Positions 22,281 to 32,294 of a stretch of DNA of 32,294 nucleotides are shown here, piece after piece. Numbering within the stretch: the stretch's first letter is position 1; each line of letters opens with the position of its first letter. The position numbers and the translations under genes are program-made. The notes beneath the pieces were generated by a model. It was not told where the DNA came from. It saw only the letters and a list, made by a program, of their open reading frames with translations, and made no database searches. The stretch comes from Octopus bimaculoides (taxonomy: Eukaryota): positions 18,571,240 to 18,603,533 of the forward strand of contig NC_068981.1 in NCBI RefSeq assembly GCF_001194135.2, given 5' to 3'.

Positions 22281-23135
22281 GAGGGTGTTCGGGCTAAATT
22301 TGAGGACTTTTTGTCTCTTTGTTTTTTAGGCACAGCTTGATGTAATAGTGAACATTCAACGGCGCTGGAGAGTATAAAGACTAAAGTTTTCTTTCAGAGA
22401 ATGTTAGCTGACATGGAGGAGTGGAAGTAATCTGAATTGTGGAAAAGGGTTACCTGTATCATTATGATTCGCACCAGGTGTCAAAATGCCGACATCATAA
22501 CTGTTGCTCAATGCTCTGTGATTACTGTAAATTCTGTAAGACATGACATGGAAAGCTGCCACGGAAATTACGAAGCCGTGGCCAGCGGAAAGGGACATGG
22601 TAGGCTTTCTGACTGCGTTTGCATGCCGGAGTTAATTTATTCATCTTTGAATAGGACTTTAGGATCAATTCATACGGTTACGTGGAGCTGCTGGAGACTG
22701 GACAATTTCTGGCCGGAGAAGGTTACTGTTATAAGTTATATTTGTAGCAGCAAGATTCTTGTCTCACCTCCTGAGAGAATCAAACTGGGTTGATGGAGAA
22801 TTTCTACGACTTCACCACGACCAGTTTCTGGCCACCTAATCCCGCTGATAGTAATCACATGGATTACTATGTGGGGCGCGGTTGAGAGAGATGCACTCGC
22901 TCTAACTGTAGCTCCAAGTCCGAGCTGGTGGCCAAGATTAAGGAAATTTCGAAGATCTTCTAAAGGACACAGTGGGGAACGCATGCACCAGGTTTCAGAG
23001 CCGTCTTGAGGCTTTAGTGGATGCTTAGAGTGGCTCCTTTGAGTAAATTGTTATCTCCCAGCAATAATTTTTTTGGATAAGATAATGTTTTCTTTTCCTT
23101 TTATGCAAACTATTAAATTTAGCCCGAAGACCCTG
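22281..23135 (+). mobile_element. Internally deleted Tc1/mariner-superfamily element, DD37D (maT-like), 855 bp
   Basis: TIRs (g)agggtgttcgggctaaattt / aaatttagcccgaagaccctg, TA TSDs at 22279-22280 and 23136-23137. Pieces QQDS...ENFYDFTTTSFWPPN..D.NHMDYY...KSELVAKIKE are present; the 37-residue D-D spacing is inferred from family consensus because this copy has indels. Confidence 0.88.
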
Positions 23136-24299
23136 TATAATATGCATATATGATATGTGTGTATATGTTTGCATATATCTCTCAATCATTTATGTCAGCA
23201 AAGAACATAAACGTCGCTCATAAAACCGAATCCTGGTGCATTATGAGCAAAATCCCTTAACATATTTGTTATGCACCTTGTCTGACATTTCCTCTTGTTT
23301 CTCCGCTATACAGTGAACCAGTGATTTTACCCATTGGAAACCTGTAACTAACGACGCTATTGTTCACAAATATCAATATAAAATAAGTACTCCATTATTT
23401 AATATTGCTATAGAGCATACTAGATATAAATGGAATGACAAAGCCAAGACAACAACCTGATTCAATAAAATATTGGAATCTCATATGACATAATTTTGTC
23501 AGCGTTTATCTCCCCGCTCTACGCCCTCAGAACATCATTAGATTATCACTGCTCTAATGTTTGAGTCCTGGAATTGTATACTTAAGGAGAGGAGATAAAA
23601 ACCTTGTTGAAACTGAGACTTGTTTAACGAGCTGAAATGGCGTAAGTAATGCAATCTAAATATGATAACTCAGAAGGGGTTCCAAGTTTATGTTAAGCTG
23701 TCATTAATTTTATGTTAACATATTTGCTTTGATTGTTGTAGCCTGGGATGCAATGCAATTTAGCAGCAAAACCTATCCCTGTGAAATATTTATCGATGCT
23801 GTTCACCCAGAATTTATAGCCGCTAGTGTATATTTAAAATTTTTCTTTTAAACAAAATATAGTTCAGTTTAATATGTTAACATATTAAAATACTCTTTTT
23901 CATGCGAATGACATTTCCAAGTGATATGTTCTCTATATAATTCTATTTCTCTCTTATTCAAAGCAACGTTCACAGCATTGTATAATTTCTTACTGATTCT
24001 CCCATCATAACTTTGGCTAGTACGAGGAAATCTGTGTTTCACTGTTGAAGTAATACATTAAAGTATAGCCAGAGTTATCTCCTACACGTACTACAATAAT
24101 ATCAGTCCATGATTATAGTTTCCCTTCAGTACATAATTTCCAGTTAGCTTTTTAGAGTTCCCTGCTGCGTTTATGTTAACCCTAATTTAACTAATAGCGT
24201 CGTTCGTGTTGTACAGTATTTATCCAAATAGTCTTTGTCACTGCTGATCCTCTGCGCTTATCCAACTGAAATTGTTACATCGGACTGGTTGTCATCTTA

Positions 24300-27200
24300 A
24301 ACAGATACAATTATGTTGTTACATGCAAAGTGCACGCAATAACATTAGTATAACAATGGCATCACGTCTCCGTGAAACAAATTGGTTAATTCTGGTTGTT
24401 AAACGTGAATTGTGTCTAACACCATTTACTATGTTTATTCCCGTATTTGTTGTCAAATCAAAATACTTTCTCATAGAGTCTGGAATAAAAGCGATGATGA
24501 GAAAATCACTATAGAAATAAACACAATTGTCCTCTGGTTTGAGTAACAGAAACAAGGAATTATTTAAAGAATATATTTTTTTAGAGAATATATTATTTAG
24601 AGATAACATTCGCATGTTTAAAAGCTCGAAGGTTTGGTCTAGTATTTTATTCAATATTAGTATTTGTGTCTTCTACATGAACTGGTATACGCTTAATAAT
24701 CACAACTCTATTATTTCCTGTTTGAGACATTAATCTTGCTTGCTGTGTTTCATCATCTCTTCTGCAGCATCAACACCAGACGGCAGCAGTTGTTTTATAA
24801 GACCTTGTTAATGGTTATTGTACAAGAGTTCTTATCAAAGAAGATGAAGGACTAAGATGTATTCTTAAGTGCTCAAAAGCATGCATCTAAAATATACTTT
24901 TAAGCCTATTTCAACACTTGTGATTATCTATTCAGCAATTCCATTTGATCCTGGATTATACGGAAATGCTTTCATGAGTCAACATCCAGTCTTCTTATCA
25001 AGCCATGTACACATGTCTTTATCACGAAATTTACAAACATTGCTAGGTGCGAACCTAACTGTTTGTGTTTCTGTTTATTCAAAACTCTTATTACTTTTGG
25101 CCACCCAGAGTATGCATCAACAACTATTAAGTACTGTCCATAATTCTTAATATAAACGTGATCCACATGCACACGTATCCGTGCTATAATATCTTTAGGC
25201 CATATGTACACAGCATGGAGTAATTCTAGTTTTATTGTTGCTCATGTCAGACATAGTCATAGATATCGTTCCACATCATCACAATAGCCTGGCCACTATG
25301 TTTCTTAAGTTCTCTAATCTATTCCTCGTTGCCGTTAGCCACAATGTACGTCACTAAATGCAGCTTTTATCATTATCACTATCGAACAGGTTGTTAAAAT
25401 AATTTATTTTCTATTGCACGAAATATTAACTTCAAATATTCATTTAGTTTTCAATGACTTAAATGGCCTCAGAACAATAGAAAAATTGCTCTAATTAATC
25501 TTAAATATTATTAATGTTTTTGAAATATCAGACAAAATATTATTAACACTCTTCAGCATCAGCTTTTGTAACATAAGTTTCCCCAAGATAAAAAAAAAAA
25601 AATCCTATGACTATAGTGTTCTTATAAATCAGCATTATTAATAAAGTCTGTCGTGATAATGCATTAACATGTGGTATTTGTGATCCCATTAGGTATTTCA
25701 TAATAAATGCTGTCAAGGACTATCTTATAACTTGTTGAATTGCTACTTTCGGTAACTACAGGTTTTATCAAAAGTTAATTCTAATGGATTACTATTCAAA
25801 ATTAATTAAAAATTTTCTCTGTACAATCGCTTTCAGTATTCGTGTATCTTTGCTCAACCTGTGGCTAATGCTCTTGACAAATATAATACAAAATATAATA
25901 CAAAATCTCGTGAAGATATTTCTGATACAGAGTTTTTCCTCGCATTAGTTGTGGCATTACAAATATGAACTGTTGCCCTCGATACTAACATCAGATTTAT
26001 ATAGTCAAATGCTATTTGTTGTTGGACTCACTTTTGAAGCGGGGCACCACGTTTACGAAGTGATGCAACCGGCAATATTCCGTCTGAATAACGATCGACG
26101 GAATTTCCTTAAAAATGAACAGGAGACGATACTAGTTACTTTTGTCATTTGGCGGTTTAACATCAACTATTCTCACCACTAAACTATGACTTGGTGGCGG
26201 CAGCAGCTGTAGATACATCTGATAAACAATAACATTATCAATACCATTTCCATGTTCAATTGCTCTCTGAAACAACACTGAATGTTTATATTCCTTATGT
26301 AAGACATGTTCATCATAAAAGACCCATTGTTATATTTATCACAGTAACTTCTTTTGCTTCAAGACACGTTTCTATTTGATGGTATGCCTCCTTCCTTTAA
26401 ATCCAATTTAGCAAAATGATTCATGCTAGAAAGTGACTGAAATATTGATTTAGTGTTTGCAGTTGGATAAGAATCTGAATAAATTCTTTCATTTACATCA
26501 ACTTTATAGTCTACACATATTCTAAGATCTCATCCAACCTTCACACAACCTATTTACTGTTACCAGCAGGAACTTCTTAAAGACTTTCATTAATTAGTTT
26601 TCTCAGCTTCGCTATGACTATTGGTTTTATTGGTAAAAGTCTTGCCCTAAAATAACATGAACTGATATTTCCTTTGAGAGGAACGCCAGACTTAAATCCT
26701 GTTAATCTCCCAAATTGTTTTGGCGCTTTACTCTCTTGAATTAACGTTGAACTACGAACATTTATCACGTCTATAACAAGCAAGCCATGACTTTTCTTAC
26801 ATTCAGTGACAATAACATTCACATTCACTTACAAATTCTATTAATGCACCAACTTTTCCCCAAATTTCAATGCGTGATCTATCAAATTGTTTTAGTTTGA
26901 AATTACATTTTCTTCATTTTGGTTTATTGAAACCCATCCAGAAATTCTGAGGTATTGTGGTCAGCCAACTGCCAGTGTCAGTTTGCATCTTATAATTAAT
27001 ATTATTGAGCATCACGGATTATTGTCGTGTGTTTTCGGCCAGTTTCGTGAATAAAGAACCTTCATTTTTCTTTTACTTAGCCAGTTTTGTATTTTTATAT
27101 ACTGCCTTAAAACGAGTCTTTTCCCGTGTTACAGGACACGATGGTACACGCTTAGATCTACGGAAGTGACATGTATAATCAAATGTATGGTTGTTTGTAT

Positions 27201-27620
27201 CAGTTGTATTATCTTGTTTTTCTTTACTGTATCTCTCATCTGAAATTTAGAAAACATTTTTAGCTGTTAAAGAAAAGCTTTGGATCACTTGATTGAAAAT
27301 ATTCTAATGCTTTAACACCATGATCGAATGATTGCACGCTATCTGTAAGTTTCATTTGAATTATATCATCTTCTGCTTTTTGTCCTTTACTTCCTGCATT
27401 ACCATTTTTTTTTTTACAAAACCCAGCTGACACGCAGTCTCTGAGAATAAATAACCTTGACTAGATTCTGCTGCTGTAATAAGAATCTGAACTTTCCAGC
27501 AATTATCGTTTTGTTTTGAGAACAGATAGATATAGGATGACATCATCATAAATCTTGTACCGTCAAAGTTCATTATTTCAAGTACAAAAGTTTTCACCAT
27601 TACCTAAATTTTACAAATGG
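24300..27620 (-). mobile_element. Decayed Ty3/Gypsy LTR-retrotransposon internal region (K02A2.6-like pol: PR-RT-RH-IN)
   Basis: Minus-strand pieces in Gypsy order: PR MQTDTGS (26971-26979), RT DLRICVDYK (26503-26529), FAKLDLK.AYHQI, FQRAIE, VIVYQ; RH GSQIPHVNALSR; IN RVHVDH..IVVDAYSGWP (25098-25121) and PYNPGSNG. Many stops; outer limits approximate. Confidence 0.9.
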
Positions 27621-27823
27621 CCATCATACCTGCTTTTCAGAAAATCGAAATACTTATTTGTTACGTCATTAGAGTCCTGTGATCTTTCTTACATTTCAGA
27701 GCAAAGCATCACAACCCAAACCCTGCCATGTCTGAGCCATCGAGTTTAAGTTCGTTGTTGTTAATTAACAAGACAATGTTTTTCCGGATACAATCGTAAT
27801 CTTACAAAATCATTTATATTATA

Positions 27824-27990
27824 AGCGGTAACATAGCAGTTCGGCAAAAAGAGGCCGATAGAATATGAATATGTACCAGGCTTGAAGAAGATAAAAAATT
27901 ACTGGGGTTGATTCATTCGCCAAAAAATTCTAGAGGTGCTCCAGCTTGGCCGCAGTCTAACGCCTAAAACAAGTGATAAATAAAGGATAA
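27824..27990 (+). mobile_element. Old family-A-like SINE, 3' module only
   Basis: gcagttcggcaaaaagaggccgatagaat...ctggggttgattcattcg...ggtgctccagcttggccgcagtct. Confidence 0.8.
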
Positions 27991-28070
27991 GAGATTCCAA
28001 AGTTTTATCCAACTTAATGGTCAAGGTATTATATAGAATTATTTAAGCTACCTGAAATTATGTCTTTTAT

Positions 28071-28395
28071 AGGTGCAGGAATGGCTGTGTTGTAAGAAGT
28101 CTGCTTCCCAACCACATGGTTCTGAGTTCAGTTCAACTGCATGAGCCCAAAGCCTTGTGAGTTGATTTCATAGACGGAAACTGGAAGAATTCCGTCGTAT
28201 ATGCGTTGTGTGTGTGTCTGCTTTACAACCAGTGTTGGTGTGAATACGTGCCATGACTTAGCGGCTCGGCAAAAGAGACCGATAGAATAAGTACCAGGCT
28301 TTAAAAAAAATTAGTGTTGGGACGATTCCTTAGGCTAATTCTTTAAGACGATACCCCAGCATGGCGGCAGCCTAATGACTGAAACAAAAGATAAA
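28071..28395 (+). mobile_element. Old family-A SINE lacking about 45 bp of the central domain
   Basis: Head and 3' module present; ggcaccttgggcaag...ggccga is missing. Confidence 0.85.
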
Positions 28396-29054
28396 ACACA
28401 TGTAAACACACAAAATGCATTTAATGATATTAGCATAACAATGACATCACTAACAACGTAATAGAAAGCCTTTTTATATCTTCGTTGAAGTGTCTTGCCT
28501 TGATAGAAATCAATTTATTCCACTTTTGAACTGTAATATGTTCATTAATTGTCGATATGTACCATTAATATTTTCTTCGGATCCTACTGTGTACTTTAAC
28601 AATTTATAGCCTGATGGCAATCGTAAGCACTTCAGAGCAAGCAGTGAACAAATGTTTGGTGTGCATTTAACAGTTATTAAAGTGATATTCAGGGTGCTCT
28701 ATATCAGGTTTATATATGTAATAAGTGCATTAAAAACCTTTCTAGACAACAGAAAATTCGCAATAACGGCTTTTCAAGTCGCCATGATTGCCCTTATTTG
28801 GAATGTTTGCTTTAAGCAAATGAGATCATACTGTTAGATTCTGTATAAGAATATATATGTGTGCGTGTGTGCGTATGTGTGCATGTATGCATGGATGTAN
28901 NNNNNNNNNAAAATGGCAGGATCTACATAGACACATTTATTTGTATTTATAAAGACTAGCTGAATCACCGCCCTCTGGGCTGTCGATTCAGTTAGTACAT
29001 ATCTAAACTCCTGTTCGTTGTTTGAAAGTAAAAAGTGAAACTTACTATAATTTT

Positions 29055-29900
29055 CTTAAAGAATTTCCTTATAGACAACGTTGTCAGTGTAGATTCCTTT
29101 CATACTGTTAGTCCTTTGCTACTTCTCTTTTTTATTCTAAATGTAATACTTTGAAATTTCAGCATATAGCTTGTCTCTGGCGTCTGAGCCATATTTATTT
29201 AATGTGAAAAACTCAGTCAAAGTTGTTTTTGCTGCAAGCTCAAGGTTTTCAGGCAGCTCATCATCAAAAATAAGAGATTGTTGATTTTTTCAAATTGCAT
29301 GAAAAATGTATGACAGTGGGTTAACTTGAATGGATTGAAAATCTGAATTTCTTCCAAATTGCCTCACCAGATTAGATGTATCTGGCATTTTGGTAAGTGT
29401 CAATTTTATTGTCAACCACTTTAAGGCTTCAATTGTTAAACTCTCGAAGCATTCCAATTGTTTCATCAGTACTGCTTGACCGGATTTGAACACTGACTCT
29501 ATCAAACCCTTTAGTGAGATACCAGAAAACATATTTCACCGCCAGTACAGTGTGCCCAACCTCAACATTTAGATGACAGTTGTATCGGAGAGATTGGAAT
29601 GGGTTTTATGGCACTATGAAGCTATTATCTACTTCAGTAGATGTCCAAGTAGTTCTAATAATGTGTATCCTGCCTCCAGAGGTTGGTGACCAATGTCTGC
29701 ATTCTAGATAAGCATTATCATTCACAAATGTGGTACTTTTGCATTATTTGGGAAATGATTTGTGCATTTTGGTGGATCACCATTCACGCATGGGCTATTT
29801 GGATTATGGTTTCCCCATGATCCGTGAATGCTGTTTTTTGCAATCTCCAATAGTCCATATTTTTTACGTCTGCTATTTCAGAATTCTACGCATGCCTGAA
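29055..29900 (-). pseudogene. Helitron RepHel remnant (Rep motif-3 region fused to the last codons of the helicase)
   Basis: IHGSWG.HNPNSPCV, VP*NP...NCHLNVE, KYVFWYLTKGFDR (29507-29536), YQNARYI..GEAIW, KTTLTEFFTLN..ARDKLYAEI.KYY, then directly TDNVVYKEIL*. Confidence 0.9.
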
Positions 29901-30230
29901 ACATCAGACGAAAGTACATCCAATAACATATTCACACACGCAACAACATAAACAGATATAACAATAGCTCCGACGGCCGACGGCATGAAAATATGTCCGA
30001 AAAATTTTATTAATATATTAAAAAATACTAACTTTCCAACATTTTAATGGTCAAATTCATTTAGAGCAATTCAATAACATAAACATTGCACTTTAAGATA
30101 GTGTTTAGTGAGTATGGTGTAATTGTAATTTTCCCCGAAGACTAACAGTATTTTTATGGTTTTGTTCAAAATGACACCGATAAAGACATTTGAAAGAACG
30201 CGACCAGTTAAGAGAGAATGAAAAGAAGTT

Positions 30231-30563
<333 letters not shown>

Positions 30564-30657
30564 CACCCCTCGCATTACAACTCTCAATAAGAGAAAGATG
30601 TAGTAAGCATGCGGAATAGTGAGAAAGGGGTAATTTGTTTTGTCAGATTTTACCAGA

Positions 30658-30930
30658 TTGGAACAGGACCGGTTAATTTTCGTGAATCTCATATAGATGT
30701 TGACACTCTCCGGGTACCCACGGTTCCTCATGCCAAGTATGGTCAAAATAAGTTGAGCGGAAGCAATGTGGTCAGAAAGTCAGGGATCGGTTACATTTAG
30801 CATTTGAATGAGGTCCCTTCATATTGGAACCGAACCGTTAAATTTTCGGGAATCCTATATAGACATTGATACTTTCTTCGTACCCACGGTTCCTCATGCC
30901 AAGTTTGGTCGAAATCAGTCTAGTGGTTGC
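30658..30930. repeat. Two diverged direct repeats, 166-bp period, near the Helitron 5' end
   Basis: tacccacggttcctcatgccaagt is identical at 30715 and 30881, with similar flanks. Confidence 0.9.
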
Positions 30931-31574
30931 AGGGAAGTTTGGTAACAAAATTTTGACACGGACACAGACACACAGGCGTAAATAGCGCAATTATAAAATA
31001 GATAAGTTTTTGCACCCGAAATATAAAGAATTTTAAAAAACTTTCTGCATTGTTAGAAGCTTTNNNNNNNNNNNNNNNNNNNNNNNNNNNNNNNNNNNNN
31101 NNNNNNNNNNNNNNNNNNNNNNNNNNNNNNNNNNNNNNNNNNNNNNNNNNNNNNNNNNNNNNNNNNNNNNNNNNNNNNNNNNNNNNNNNNNNNNNNNNNN
31201 NNNNNNNNNNNNNNNNNNNNNNNNNNNNNNNNNNNNNNNNNNNNNNNNNNNNNNNNNNNNNNNNNNNNNNNNNNNNNNNNNNNNNNNNNNNNNNNNNNNN
31301 NNNNNNNNNNNNNNNNNNNNNNNNNNNNNNNNNNNNNNNNNNNNNNNNNNNNNNNNNNNNNNNNNNNNNNNNNNNNNNNNNNNNNNNNNNNNNNNNNNNN
31401 NNNNNNNNNNNNNNNNNNNNNNNNNNNNNNNNNNNNNNNNNNNNNNNNNNNNNNNNNNNNNNNNNNNNNNNNNNNNNNNNNNNNNNNNNNNNNNNNNNNN
31501 NNNNNNNNNNNNNNNNNNNNNNNNNNNNNNNNNAGTCTCTGTCTCTTTTGAATATGAAAATTTAAAAGTTAAAA

Positions 31575-31611
<37 letters not shown>

Positions 31612-31617
<6 letters not shown>

Positions 31618-32135
31618 ACAATCGAAAACAAGAAAAAGAAACTCCCTTTTCTAGACATACTAATCAAAGAATTTAATAAAAAAAATATAAAGCGACGAAT
31701 TTTACAAAACTACAGACTCGAAACAATACCTATTATTTATCTCATGACACTCGAGAATATTAAAATGAATATCCCATTCAATCTTGCAAGAACAATCTGC
31801 ACTGTAGTGTCGAAAATACAAAAAAAAAAAAAGCATCCGAGAACTCAGACTACAAGAGCTTTAAAACGTACCCATCAATAGACACTGTTCAAATTCTCTT
31901 ATAGATGATGGGATAAAACGTGCTAAAAAATTAATATACAAACACTAAGAGTGGTCAAACAAAACAATACATCCACTTAAAAAATATTACCCTAGATTTC
32001 CACTGCAGAGACACTTCCGGAAAAAAAATATCAGTAACCGTTGGAAAACCGATTGTAGCAATGACTCGAACAATTTCTAGCGATATCTAAAGAAGGTATT
32101 ATTGTATTCCGAAATATTATTTTTATATCAGACTA
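31612..32135 (+). mobile_element. Penelope-like element remnant (RT C-terminal region plus probable pLTR piece)
   Basis: LPFLDILI, NIPFNLARTICT and LIDDGIKRAK resemble the PLE RT thumb/linker; frameshifted; followed by a hammerhead-like remnant at 32082-32129. Confidence 0.75.
32082..32129 (+). ncRNA. Highly degenerate hammerhead-like motif at the end of the PLE remnant
   Basis: GATAT-CTAAAGA-A-GGtAT/tattgt/ATtCC-GAAA...ATATC: 5-bp stem I, G5A core change, stem III not well formed. Confidence 0.35.
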
Positions 32136-32294
32136 TGGATGATTAAATTATAACAGTCATTATAGTCCATTGTTGTTATTTTAGTGCATTGTTGTGCCAT
32201 TCAAAATACATTATATTTTACAAACAATACACAATGCTTCAAGCGAACTACAGTACTCTCACATATATATGTATATATATATATATATATATAT

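Noticed and set aside
23860-24100. Possible 3' LTR of the Gypsy element (TGTAGT...AACA on the minus strand)
   Set aside because: No matching copy near 27650-27850, no adjacent PPT and no PBS found
29895-29925. ctgaaacatcagacgaaagtac hammerhead-like string
   Set aside because: No valid core or stems; lies at the edge of the Helitron coding remnant

Overview
Repeat-dense, AT-rich eukaryotic genomic DNA from a gapped short-read-type assembly (7 N gaps). The SINE families and microsatellite load point to a coleoid cephalopod, probably Octopus (inference from recalled repeat families, no search run). No intact protein-coding gene, tRNA, rRNA or CRISPR array is supportable, and most ORF-track entries are microsatellite or SINE translations. 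The window holds about 17 tRNA-derived SINE copies or fragments, mostly from three families (labelled A, B, C here), several with readable target-site duplications (TSDs). Decayed transposons, read by hand translation, are a Tigger/pogo, two mariner pieces, a DD37D (maT-like) element, a hAT MITE with a perfect 8-bp TSD, a LINE RT, a Ty3/Gypsy pol, a Penelope-like RT, a possible Merlin, and a 2-kb Helitron derivative with both termini. The most interesting signals are: (i) four dispersed minimal type-I hammerhead-ribozyme-like motifs of the Penelope type, each with a core substitution and so probably fossil; (ii) a stem-loop module shared by SINE families A and C; (iii) a family-C SINE dimer bounded by one TSD pair; and (iv) a possible promoter and first exon near 12.7-12.9 kb.
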